Origin: Sphaerodactylus townsendi
Taxonomy: Eukaryota
Length of the DNA: 64,000 nt
Assembly: GCF_021028975.2 (NCBI RefSeq)
Contig: NC_059432.1
Coordinates: 29,264,001 to 29,328,000, forward strand
Direction: 5' to 3'
The position numbers and the translations under genes are program-made. Positions 39,750 to 51,499 of the stretch are shown here, piece after piece. Every line of letters starts with the position of its first letter. Position 1 is the first letter of the stretch. The notes beneath the pieces are model-generated. The model saw nothing but the letters and a program-made list of their open reading frames with translations. It had not been told where the DNA came from and did not search any database.

Positions 39750-40260
39750 GGATTACAACTCTGATTTGAGATCTTGCTCTCTCTGAGGTACTGACGATTT
39801 TGCTGCCACTGGGAGCTTTGAGCTAAGGGCTTTGCACAGGCGCAGAGGCTATGAGATCTGGTTTGAACCTTACAGCTGGAGAGGGCCAAGGGGGCTTCTT
39901 CTTCACGAAGGACTTTTGGCTTAAGGCCATTGTGTGAGCATCTTCCCCTTTCCATGCCTCATTGTCCTGTAGATTGGCTATGGGGCATTCTGAGGAGGGT
40001 TCAAAACGGCAGTCCTCTTCCGTCAGCATTTCTTTCTGTTGCAATTCAGTGACTGTGGACTCTGCAGAGATTTTGAAATGCGTGCCATTCTGGGGCACTG
40101 GCGGAGGCATGGTGACTTTGGAAGTAGAAGGGGTTAGCAGAGCAGGAAGTATAGACGTAGGGGGGGAGCAAGCTGGCAAGACCAGCCCCATGGTCTCCGT
40201 GGGGATGGGATCACTATACTGAGCTGGGGCAGCGAAGATCTCATGGGGAGCCCGGGGAAG
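39750..40260 (-). pseudogene. pro: ERV dUTPase-protease remnant (heavily diverged)
   Basis: PIPTETMGLVLP ~ PLPxGTVGLILG (dUTPase); AHTMA...KPPWP ~ LDTGA...WPxxWP; correct position after gag. Confidence 0.55.
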
Positions 40261-41761
40261 GGTTTGAGGTGCGGATCTTGGTTCCGGCTGGGGAGATGCC
40301 CGGGCGCGGGCCTCCCCAGCGGGCATTGGGAGCGCCCGGTCTTAGACTTTCCTGGGGGTCTTCGCCCTCTGGGGAGAGACCCTCCTCCGCCAGGGTTGTA
40401 GGCCCCCCCGCCGGGCAGCCTACACCTCCGAAATGTCCTGGCTTGCCGCAATTGAGACACTCGCCTCGGGGCTGTCTCATGGCAGCGGAGAGGGCGGCGG
40501 CTAGAAGGCTGGCTTGATGGGCGAAAGACCCGATATCCTGGCAAGCTTTGAGCATGTCGGCCAGCTCAGTTCCTTCCTAGGCCTGTGATCGCTTTGCGGC
40601 ACTCAGCGGAGGCGTTCTCCTTGGCAAGGCGCTTAAGGAGTTCGCCCTGGGCCTCCTCGTTGTCAACCTGCCTCTTGAGGGCCTCCTGGAGCCTGTTCAC
40701 AAACTCAGCATAGGGCTCTTGAGGCTTCTGCCGGGTGCTAGAAAACTTTGGGTTGGCTGTCCGGTATTGGGGACTTTCAAAAACGCCTTTGTATGCATTC
40801 AGAGTATGCGACCGTAAGGGTGGCCACCGCAGGGCGACTTGTGCATTGGGGCTAGCTGTAAAGCTTCGCGAGCCATAAAGCTGCGCGGTGGTGTAGGCGC
40901 CGCCAGAGGCTGCTCCTCTGCTTATGCACTGCTGGCGGTACTCGCTTTCCCAGATCACATACTGCGCTGGTTTAAAAGCATGCGAAAGGCAGTTTATCAG
41001 TCCTCCGGAACCATTAGGTGGTTCCTGGCGACTGCTTCCAACATGCCTCTCACATAGGGGCTGGTGGATTCCTACGTCCCGCATTGCTTTATGGAGCTCA
41101 GTGAGGATATTATAGCTTAAGGGGCGGTACTGACAACCCGCCAACAATGCCATCCTCCCCTCGGTATCTGTGAAATGGACGGGCACAATGCGCAGAATAT
41201 CGGCATCGCCTTCCGGCCAGGGTTTCTTTCTTTTGCAGATCGTGGCTAATACGCCTGGCGAGTTTTGAAACCCGCGCCATTACGTGGCGCTTGACGGAGG
41301 TGCAGTGGCTTCGGAAAATGAAGGCGGAGCAAGGGGAGGGGGCGGCTGAGCCGCGGAGAATTTGAAATGGGCGGAGGAGCAAGGGGGGCAGAAGGAGGAC
41401 AGGCGTCCAATTTAGTGGATAGAGAAAATTCCGGGGTTGAAATTGAAGGTGAAAGATCGAAAGGAGGGCGGCCTACAGCAAGGGAGCCATAGGTCTGCAG
41501 GCTGATGGCGACATAACATTGTCTCCACGTCAGTAGCAGTGACATCGGCGCGCGAGGCTCTGTGCGAAGAGTGCGCCCGATGTTTTCCCCAGTCCTTAAG
41601 ATTCAATGTCCCCCCCTCTGGGTACCATGGACACTGAGCTTCAATCTCCTCAACCAATTTGGCGCAGCTCCCTTCTCTTTACGGGACTCCTGCCGCATTT
41701 CGCTAACGCTTTCAGTTCGGCCAACGTGCTTGTCATAAGCCCTGCTTTTGCAAGCTCCCAT
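40241..41761 (-). pseudogene. gag: ERV gag (frameshifted)
   Basis: MG start at 41761; matrix motif CPWYPEGGTLNLKDW; PSAP late domain; MHR RQKPQEPYAEFVNRL; ENASAECRKAI; zinc knuckle CLNCGKPGHF; spread over at least 5 ORF pieces. Confidence 0.9.
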
Positions 41762-41935
41762 ACTCACCGGGTGTTCCGTCGGACGAGAGAGTGTCCTAGG
41801 ATCGCGTGTCTCTGGATGCGCTCGATCCAGAGGACAGGCGATACCGAAACGGTGGTCCCTGGATGCTCGATCCAGCGGACTTCGGTATCGCTGCCCTTTC
41901 CCAGGCGACGTGAGCAGGGTGGAGGTCTCGAGGAT

Positions 41936-41952
41936 TCCCGGGTTTCGCACCA
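41936..41952 (-). promoter_or_regulatory. Primer binding site, tRNA-Phe
   Basis: TGGTGCGAAACCCGGGA versus the tRNA-Phe complement TGGTGCCGAAACCCGGGA (one C missing), 3 nt after the LTR. Confidence 0.85.
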
Positions 41953-41955
41953 GCT

Positions 41956-42406
41956 TGTAGTCATCCCCGCAGGGTCGCCGCTAAGGAATAGGCTAGACGC
42001 TGAGGAGGTTTCATCTGGTGGAGAGCCGCCAGCAACAGGAAGCGCGGGATTTCGTGATCCTGACAACTCTCCCTGTGCTGGTCTCTGGCACCTTTTATTA
42101 GGGTTTCATTGTGGGCGGTAAAGGAGGTGGGTAGGGAGATGAGCGGGAGACCGGGAGACCTGGAGATCATCATGTGATGCATGATCTCACCTGGCTACGT
42201 GCGGAGAGGAGCGTAAGCGTCTGAGCCTAATCCTCACCTGGGGGCAAGACCATTGTCCCTGCGCCCGGTGACTGAGCCAGACAGTTCATGACCCGTGACT
42301 CATAGGGGGATGAGGAGTGGGGGTGCGGTGCGACCAGAAGGCCGTAGGTCCGTTGGCGTCCCAACGTTCTACCACGGTGCTGCTGGGTCAGCAGTGCATT
42401 ACTACA
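41956..42406 (-). repeat. ERV 5' LTR (451 bp)
   Basis: Direct repeat of 36538-36991; followed on the minus strand by the PBS. Confidence 0.96.
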
Positions 42407-44224
42407 CAAAAACTTTAATAACACCTAAGAATACCTAAAAATTCAAATAGACCTGAACTTTTTCAGAAACTCCAAAAATATTTTGGTTTACCGAATCAGA
42501 TATTCTCCTAATCCATACATGCTGATCCTTCTTACATGGACTCACGTTCTCTAAGTTTACAGGATTGAGAATGGAATGCCTCATGTATTAGAAACCATGA
42601 TTTGTCATTATGGGAGCAAGCCAAGTGAATCTCATACTCTCTCCATTGACCCCTTAATGCGGGCTTAGTAATGAGATTTTCATATCAGTTTTGTCACTGC
42701 ATCAAAATCACAAATGATGATTTGCACTCTTTGTTTAAAACAAGGAGTCCAGTTTTAGCTTCCCAATACACATCTTTCAGCCCAGCTGCTACAAAGCCTG
42801 ATCCTTAAATTCTTCACAATTTCCTATAATTTTACTAAGACTATGTCAAATACTTTGTAGTATATAAACAAAAACGGGGTGATCTTGATAGTTGCCACCA
42901 CAGCAAAAAACTACTTTCTAACCCTAGCTCAGCTTCTACCCAATTTCTCATAATCCCGTTATTGCTTTAAAAAACTCAATTCACTATTGAAGCCACTATA
43001 AAGTGGCTGGTTAAGAAACGCATTAATCCACCACTTAGTGGTATAAAGTTAAGTTTGCATGCAAACAAGACTGACAAGAATGCACATTTATGTTTATGTT
43101 TTAGAACAAAATTATGTGATGCAAAATGATAAATAAGTTTTGGGCTGGATTCAGACAGCCTTTTTTGCTAAATCTTGGCCACTTAGCCCCGTTATTGTAC
43201 CTCCCCCTCATGGCATTAGTCCACGCTGGCCCTCTGATCACAAACACAGCCGTTTTGATGTTCATACCCTTTCCTCACTTTTTCACCAGTGGAAAAAGTC
43301 ATTGGATCCTTACTTTATCTATATCACACTTGAAACACAGTGCAATAAAATCATTACTTAAAAACACTCAGTACCACAATGAAATGTCTAGGCCCATGAT
43401 GACCTGGCACCTGGCATTTTTCAGCACCTGCCATAAAGGCTCTGTAGTTGAAGAAACTGGAGTAACTTCTCGTCCGTATAGAATGTTAACATCCATGACA
43501 CACTTCCTGAAAATTAGATCTATATTTTGTAATATTACATATACTTCAGTTGTTTGAACTAAAACCTTTCTGCTGTAGTAAGTATGTCATGATGGGGAGG
43601 GGGAGTGGATTTTGCTTTGATAGTTGTATTTGAAATTGGACAAGGCAGTGTAGTACCCAGTACTTCCTGCATAGGTACTGAAGCTTCAGAAATTGTTTAT
43701 CATAAAAATGAAAAAGAAACTGTTATTGTGCCTTAGATACAGCGGGATAGATCTTACATGGCAGCAGTATGACTGCTGTTTTCATGCTTGCTACCCAAGT
43801 CCCTTTGATAATGTTACACACAGATGGAAGACTACTACTGATACCAATGCTGCTAGTGGCCCAAGATACAACCAGTACAAGCAGCTCTTCCCATGTAATT
43901 ACATGATTCCTGGCCAGCCACAACCATACCTCTGAAGAAGTGTATATACTGGACTTAAAACCCAATTCATGCAGGCAGAGACATATTTCCCCCGCCCCCA
44001 TTCAAAATGTATAGTAAACAGTTATGGAGAGAGAACTGTAATTTCAAGAGATGACTGTACCATATAAGCACGTGTACATTTAAATTGTAGCTAACCATGA
44101 ACCTTGGCATAAATTCCTGTAGGCAATGGCTGACTTTAGCACATGGTGAAGTAAACTTGAGAAGATAGGGCTTGCATACGATAATTGCTGCTTTCTCAGC
44201 CTAATCTGTTTTTTTGCATAATAG

Positions 44225-44298
44225 GTCTTCAATTGCATGGGTCTGCGAGGACTCACAGCCGAGGTGGATCAATCTCAAGAAGCAGACAGGGATTATAG
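44225..44298 (+). CDS. FAM149B1: FAM149B1 last coding exon (stop TAG 44296-44298)
   Basis: GLQLHGSARTHSRGGSISRSRQGL*, similar to human GPQLHGSTKSQS..SRTRQGP. Confidence 0.9.
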
Positions 44299-45273
44299 CA
44301 TGTTACAAGAAGAAACTATCCCTCTCCAAGACCAGGGAACATCTATAGAAGTTTTAAAAATCAGTATTCAACCTTAGCAATACCAAACCCGTTTACAGAA
44401 GAAGTCTTAAACTTTCTCTACGGAGTCCTATTTTTGTAGAAACTTAACTGCCAAAGACTACAGGGTTGTGTTTAATTTTTGTTCCTGTAGATCAAGCTGT
44501 GCTATTCTATGGGACTGCTTGTGTTCCAAGTGTGTTCTGATGTATTGCATTACCAAGCCTGAAGAGCCAGACTCATGTAGCAGTAATATTGTACTCTTAA
44601 CTTGCCAGTAATTGACACTAATAGCAATATATTTAGTAATACTTCTAGAACTTGATTCCAGCCATTTTTCTTCCTCATAGTGAAGTTCATATACTTGGGA
44701 GAGAAGCTGATGCCTGAAGGTGGCCAAAGATTGAAGTCCTTGTAGTATTAAATTTTGGTATCAGCATTCTTAACTCCATACCCCTTCAACTACTGACTCA
44801 GCCAAGATCAAAGCGGACTGAGGCAAATTTGATTATTAGAACCATACCTGTAACACCCATTTTCCCTTGTTGAAATGTTTTAAACAATGTAAGAAGTTAT
44901 GAAAACTTTTGTGTAATTGTTTCTGTTCAGTAGCAATATTCAGAGTTTTAGGATTCTCTCAACGGTGAGAGACGCTGTTTTAAGCAGCTACTTTCAACAT
45001 TTTATAGAAGACCAGCTCAACAGGGTGTATGAAAAGTTAGAAAGAGCATAGCTTATTATGAAAATTGCATTTCAGATCTGATGTTAATTTAATTAACTTC
45101 ACTTTGAAAAAATAGTTCTAAGTCTTATTAGTCAAAGTGCTGCTTGCAAAGGGCATGAAGCTATGTAAATTGAAAAAAGCTTTTCATTATCTTTTAGATA
45201 ATGTAAAACTTGTAAAAACCAGATTGGGAACAGATTCTTTTTCAGTTGTAAAATAGAATAATTTTTGTATGCA

Positions 45274-45279
45274 AATAAA
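45274..45279 (+). terminator. Candidate FAM149B1 polyadenylation signal
   Basis: AATAAA about 1 kb after the stop codon in AT-rich 3'UTR-like sequence. Confidence 0.45.
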
Positions 45280-45930
45280 GAAATATTTTTTAAACCGCAT
45301 CTGAATTTGTAATGCTTAACAGTGAGAGAACTAGGAATTATGGTGCTGTTCAAATTCGTGGTCATGGGACGGGTTTGGGCACTTGGGGACATGTGAGTCT
45401 TCACAAAGTGCATTGGTATTTCACCTTCTACCAAGGGCTGGTGATTTAAGCAAGTCAAGGAGTGCAACCTGTGTTCTTGTGATAGTATGGAAAACAGCAT
45501 GTTGAAAGAGTAGCCTCAATCAAGCTCTTGTCATACAAAAGGAGTGAACCCCCAGGATGACAGATATTCCCACCCATATGAAAAGATGCCGCAAGCATGA
45601 TGGAAGTAGATGCAGATATACACTGGCTGTACTTATGGAAATTGGTTTCTGAATTCCCCCATCCTTAATCTGATCAGTGAGATCAGCTCTGGGAATCACC
45701 CAATTATGTCCGGAACTTTCCAGGGACACTAACAGAGCTGCTAGAATTAGAATTCAGCTATAACTCGTTGAAACTTCTGACAATAGTTTCACTGCAAGTT
45801 CTGCCAATAACACCAGATATCAAAAGGTATTGGTTTTACAATTCTTTCTTTAGAATCTTCAGAAGCATTTAGGGCAATCTTTCCCAGTAATTATTTTGAA
45901 TCTATACTCTTCACAATACTTTCAAAACAC

Positions 45931-45936
45931 TTTATT
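45931..45936 (-). terminator. Candidate DNAJC9 polyadenylation signal
   Basis: AATAAA on the minus strand about 340 nt after the stop codon. Confidence 0.45.
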
Positions 45937-46271
45937 AAGTTTAACAAATGCTTTTATAAAATCTTGAATAATATTTCCACTAATTCACAGATGAATGCTC
46001 TTTCCAGAAGTGACTACCCTTACCCACCTCCTACAATAAGACAGCTCTATTAAACATCATTCAAAAATAGATGGAAACTCCCTGGTATCTTATTGACTCT
46101 TCTGCAGCATTTTGAAAAAATTATGCAGATTTATTTTACATCTTACCATTTTGAGCAAGTGTTCTACACTACATTCATAGTAGTAAACTGATGAAACGTT
46201 ATCTTTCACTGTCTCAGAGCAGAAGTAATATACATGGAAGACATAAACAGCAAGATACTTAGAAAAAGCAG

Positions 46272-46391
46272 TCATTTAATTTTTTTCTTGGCTGCTGTTT
46301 TCTTTCCTCCTTTTTTGGAGGAATTTCCGTACTTTGCTTCCATGTGAGCCAGAAAGTCATCCATTTCCTTTTTCCGATTCTCATTTCTTTT
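46272..46391 (-). CDS. DNAJC9: DNAJC9 exon 5 (stop TGA)
   Basis: [39 protein letters not shown]. Confidence 0.95.
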   Translation of the reverse strand, partial: KRNENRKKEMDDFLAHMEAKYGNSSKKGGKKTAAKKKIK

Positions 46392-46927
46392 CTGTAAAAT
46401 GAAGAAAAGAATGCTGGTTAAAGTTCTCAAGTATTTTATTTACAATTTATAAAAAAGGATAATTCAGAAGGCAGAACACAATATTAGAATGCCGGGGTGG
46501 ACCAGAAACCAGGCCACAGGAAGGAAGAGAAAGATTATTCCAAGTGAGCTACAGACAAAACCACCATCTTGTTTATGGGATAGTGCAGACCACAGTGCTA
46601 GGCTGAAAACAAAAAAACATACTAGAGCTGTGGGTACATCTGAGTCAGCATTCTATTTTCAAAAGAGGCCAGCCAATTGTATTCCACAAGAAAGGCATGC
46701 AAACAACAGTCCTCGCCTCTTTGTGTGTGCTTGCCATCTACAGTATCTGAACAAGGTGGTTCTGTTTTGTTATCTTTTTCAATACCCTTCCAAGGTACCT
46801 CCCTCCTCATCTTTTACTGTAACTACTGGACAAATCAAGCAACCGGCACATATCGTTGGGGGAAGGCACTAACTTTTTTTTGTCAAGTTATCTTGATAAG
46901 AGACCATTAATAACAATTGTATACTTT

Positions 46928-47072
46928 TAAGAACATAAGAACATAAGAACTAGCCTGCTGGATCAGACCAGAGTCCATCTAGTCCAGCATCCTGCTACTC
47001 GCAGTGGCCCACCAGGTGCCTTTGGGAGCTCACATGCAGGATGTGAAAGCAATGGCCTTCTGCTGCCGCTCC
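46928..47072 (-). mobile_element. CR1 LINE 3' end
   Basis: (TAAGAACA)n tail on plus followed by CR1 3'UTR-type sequence. Confidence 0.75.
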
Positions 47073-47138
47073 TTGAGAAAGATTATTTACACAAAGGCAA
47101 TGCAATGGCCAAAAACTGTCCTCATTTGCAACCCTTAC

Positions 47139-47222
47139 CTGAATTAATGCTCTCACATCATCATCTTTATCAAGACCTAGGTCTTCTCTGGCTTTTTCTG
47201 CCTCTTTAGCCTCTTTTTCAGC
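47139..47222 (-). CDS. DNAJC9: DNAJC9 exon 4
   Basis: AEKEAKEAEKAREDLGLDKDDDVRALIQ. Confidence 0.93.
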
Positions 47223-48061
47223 CTGAAACAGGAACACAATCGACTGTTAAGCATCTTCCTATTCATCATTTATTGTAGGAACTAATTCTGTCTTCTGTTA
47301 TGCCTAGAAAGAGAAGGTGGAAACCTTGGCTACTTGCCCTTCAAAACACTGGCAGAAGTGAGAGAATTTCTGCTATTTATTATTTTGCATTTTTATATGT
47401 CATATTAATATTTCAAATGGTAAGCTGCCTTGATTTCCTTGTGGACAGGCAGGACATAAAGCCAGCACATAAATAAAAATCCACCAACACAGTAAGTGTT
47501 TGAATATTGGAAACTGAAGTACATTAGTACCATTAGAAAACCCTGCAAACAAGTGCCACTAGAGCAGGGGTCTGCAACCTGCGGCTCTCCAGATGTTCAT
47601 GGACTACAATTCACATCATCCCCTGCCACCATGGCCAATTGGCAGACCCCTGCACTAGAGAGAAAAATGTGCCACTTTTCATCTGTACTGCATCTATGTT
47701 AATGTTTACATCAAATGACAATCACATGTTACAAACATTCCATAGACAAGATGTTAGCACAGAATTCCAAAAGATACTCCTTTTAGACCTAGCATTGCTG
47801 ACATGCATATTAGCATCCATCATCCTTCTCTTCCAATAAGGATTTGGTTGGTTTGCTTAGTGATATATGAGACATAAAATTAAGTTTATATTCAACAGTT
47901 AATTTAGTTTTTCTTAATATTGCAACTTCAGAGGGTGTTACATTTAAAAAGGGAACACGCAGGTGAAATATGGAATGTTAGACTAGGAAGGATTCAGAAT
48001 TATATTTAGTGGCAAATGGTACACATTTGCCACTGAACTTTGTTATTGACATAATACATAC

Positions 48062-48316
48062 CCTCCTTTTTCTTGCAGTCATCTTTTGCTTAGACTCTTT
48101 GGCAAAGGCTTTGTAGAATGGAAGTTCTCCCAAGTCAATGGCTTGCTGGATAATCGTCCTTATTCTTGGTTCATCTGTATAATCTGCACAAAGTATTTTA
48201 GCCATAACTTGTTCCATATCGCCTTTACAGTTCTTGTAGGCTGTTTTAATGTCCTCCACCTCTTCTGTAGAATCATTGTACTGCTTCTTAAAGTCTTCAA
48301 TATCTTTTAAAGTCAC
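48062..48316 (-). CDS. DNAJC9: DNAJC9 exon 3
   Basis: VTLKDIEDF...[36 protein letters not shown]. Confidence 0.95.
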
Positions 48317-49186
48317 CTAATTTTCAACACAAAAAGACAGAACGAACATTCCTTCCATATGCCAATCCTTAATATAAAATTCAGCCTATATATAAGCTTT
48401 CCATCCAAAGATCATTCTTATTTTTAAAAAATTACTTTTGGGATCAACTGTGTGAAACTTTAACCATTTTGATGGAAGAACAAGAACCTGTTCCTTATGC
48501 AAAGTCAGGCAGAGGAGAAAGGAACAAGGCAAGAATGTTACTCTCCTTATTCATAAACATGAATGTCAAACGTGTTTCGTTAAATAAAAAAGAATTTATC
48601 AAAGATACTGAATTTGTTTAACTGAGAAAAGACAAGCACGGGACTTGTGTATTACAGATGCACACACTAGACAGTCATAATTAGGAAAATAAATTGCTAG
48701 ATGTTTAGCTGATGCATCATACACCTGCAAACAAAAATGTGTGTGTGTGTGTGGAGTGGGGGGGGGGGGGGGTCTACCTTACCATTCAGGAAAATGCTCT
48801 TCCTCCAAATCCCATAAAGCTGTGGTTCTCAAACAATCCGAAGTAGGGCCCATTTGCAAATTGACTCCATGGTAATTTCCCCCTCCATCATAACCCACAA
48901 CAAATCTCATACTGATTATTACTGAACAAGCTATATTGCACTGCTGTTCCACAAGCTGTGTTGGCCATTTTGCATATTATGCTTAAAGAAACCAAAATTT
49001 GCCATCCAGTCTCCTCTCCCACCTCATCATGTTCTTCCTTTTCCCACCTGGTTTCACAACCCTCTTGTTGGAAGTGAGTCACAAGCCACTTTTGCGTCCC
49101 TGCCAGCAGGCTGAGAACTACTGCTCTATAATCCTTTTATCGCTCCACAGCGATAGCCATTTGCCAGCTTGAGGAAGACTGCCCAC

Positions 49187-49327
49187 CTCTTTGAAGATCA
49201 GCCTCCAGTACTCTTCCCAGTTGCGGTCCTGGCTCAGCACAGTCGACTCCTCATCTACAATCCCCTGCTGGTCATACAGAGTCCGCTGTTCTTGATCACT
49301 CAGCACGGCATACACTTTGCCCAAGAT
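49187..49327 (-). CDS. DNAJC9: DNAJC9 exon 2
   Basis: [38 protein letters not shown]. Confidence 0.95.
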
Positions 49328-49453
49328 CTGAGGAGACAAGACAAGCCACCTCAACAGCCCAGTAAGGAGAAACAACCTGCCTCTCAGGTCTGCTCCAGAT
49401 GTAGGGTGGAATGAAATGGCATGGTGCTCATGTGGCAGAATCATCAAGTTTCT

Positions 49454-49608
49454 GGTTGTGGTGGGTTTTCCAGGCTGTGTGGCCGTGGTCTGGTGGATCT
49501 TGTTCCTAACGTTTTGCCTGCATCTGTGGCTGGCATCTTCAGAGGTGTATCACAGAGGGAAGTCTGTTACACACACTGTTACATGCTGTGAAAGCCTTTC
49601 GACAATAT
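49454..49608 (-). mobile_element. Penelope-like fragment with TSD
   Basis: Same repeat family; 11-bp TSD ATCAAGTTTCT at 49443 and 49609. Confidence 0.7.
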
Positions 49609-49735
49609 ATCAAGTTTCTCTTCGGAAACTTGATGATTCTCTGAAACACAGAAAAATAGCACAGCATTTAAAGTGACAACCCAGAATATTTCTCTGGGAC
49701 ATGCTTTTTATTTTACTTGCCAGGAATTTTTACAT

Positions 49736-50554
49736 AAGAAGAAGAGTTTGGATTTATATCCCCTCTTTCTCTCCTGTAGGAGACTCAAAGGGGCTTACAA
49801 TCTCATTTCCCTTCCCTCCTCACAACGAACACCCTATGACAGTAATAGCGAACCTTTTTGAGACCAAGTGCCGAAATTGCAACCCAAAACCCACTTATTT
49901 ATCGCAAAGTGCCAACACGGCAATTTAACCTGAATACTGAGGTTTTAGTTTAGAAAAAATGGTTGGCTCCAAGGTGTGCATTACTCAGGAGTAAGATTGG
50001 TGGTAGTCAATGGCTTTGCTTAGAAGCAATGATGCAACCCTTCCAACAGGTGAATCATGACCCTAGGAGGTTTACTCAGAAGCAAGCCCCATTGCCAGCA
50101 ACTGAGCTTACTCCCAGGTAAAGGATTGCGCTTTAGTTCTTTGCATGAAAATCAGTGGGGTTAAACAGTGGTTAACAGGGTTACCTACACTGCTTCCTCA
50201 AAACTAGGTCTTAGGTTTAATGCTAATAATAGAGCCCAGCAGCCCAGGCTAGCCTAGATGTGTGTGTGGGGGGGAGGGGTGGTGCGACTGTTTGCGCGTG
50301 CCCACAGAGAGGGCTCTGAGTGCCACTACTGGCACCCATGCCATAGGTTCGCCACCACTGCCCTATGAGGTGGGTGGGGCTGAGAGAGCTCCGAAGAACT
50401 GTGACTAGCCCAAGGTCACCCAGCTGGCGTGTGTGGGAATGCGGGGGGTAATCTGAATTCCCCAGATAAGCCCCCACAGCTCAAGTGGCAGAGCGGGGAA
50501 TCAAACCTGGTTCCTCCAGATTAGAATGCACCTGCTCTTAACCACTACGCCACT
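49736..50554 (-). mobile_element. Squamate tRNA-derived SINE, split by a hAT MITE
   Basis: On minus: GGCGTAGTGGTTAAGAGC A-box, GGTTTGATTCC B-box, (CTT)n tail. Confidence 0.8.
49840..50360. mobile_element. hAT MITE nested in a tRNA-SINE
   Basis: TIR CAGT..TRGCGAACCT; TSD CCCTATGA (49832, 50361). Confidence 0.88.
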
Positions 50555-51499
50555 GCAGCTCTATGCCACTATGCCACATAGGGGAGTATTAACCGTCCTA
50601 GAGAAACCAGGTGGACTGATGCTAAACAAGGTGATTTATACCAAGTTGTATTTATTTGTATTCCCACTCTTCCCCCTCATGAGTACTCAAATGGCTTGCA
50701 ACATTCTCCATTTTGTCCACCATCCCAACAAACCCATCATGTAGGTGAGCGTGGGAGTGCATGACTGGCCCTAGGTCAATCAGCAAGCTCTCATGGCAGA
50801 ATGTTAATTTGAACCTAGGTCTCCCAAATTCTAGTCCAGCACTCTAACCGGCATTTCCTAAACCGATAAAGGTTAGTCATTGACTAAGCACAAAAAGTGT
50901 CAATTTCCCACAGAACATTACCACCATCCAGTAGCGTTTGCTTTGTATGTAACCAAAATATTTACTAATTTCAGAAAATTCTGTTAGGACATTCCTGCAA
51001 ACATGTGGACATACATTCAGATTAAAATGGGACATTAGTTTGTGTGTTTGTGCAGGGTGCAGTAAACTGGGGTCTTCTACCTAAAAAGGCAGCTGCAAAT
51101 AGCAATTCAGTAGGAAAAGAATGACAGAAACTTAATTTAAAAGAATTTATTGAGGGATTTGGAACAAAAGTGTGTGTGTGTGTGAGATTATTCTAAGCAA
51201 ATACTACCTGTCCTAAAGCAGATACATTCCTTACTCCAATTAATAAAGCAACAGCAACCAAACATTCAGCAAAGCTGCTTTAATTTAGAGTCGTGGTCCA
51301 AGAACATCTGGAGAGCCAGAGTTGGACATCCCAGCTTTAGGACAATCCTGCACAAAACAGGAGGTTGGACCAGATGGCCTGGATGACCCTCTTCCAACTC
51401 CATGATACCAAGAACGTTCTTCTGAGCTCCTTGAAGGAAGCGCACCCTTTAACCCCCAAAAGCCCGTAAATAAATTTAAAAACATCTGCTTCATGTGTT

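Larger units (their letters stand above)
36538..42406 (-). mobile_element. Endogenous retrovirus provirus (class II; beta-like gag/pro/pol, ASLV-like env), antisense in the last FAM149B1 intron
   Basis: Paired LTRs with TGTAGT...ACTACA ends, TSD CAAAAA (36532-36537 and 42407-42412), PBS, PPT, gag and env motifs. Confidence 0.97.
15234..44298 (+). other. FAM149B1: FAM149B1 gene span (15 coding exons, 1914 nt, 637 aa)
   Basis: MISRYTRK start, [33 protein letters not shown] core, [14 protein letters not shown]-terminal GLQLHGS..SRSRQGL*; all junctions phase-consistent. Confidence 0.95.

Noticed and set aside
40241-41761. Gag frameshifts as programmed recoding or proof of old age
   Set aside because: Many 1-nt indels, also in the PBS and LTRs, could be uncorrected long-read errors in a repeat; cannot be judged without reads
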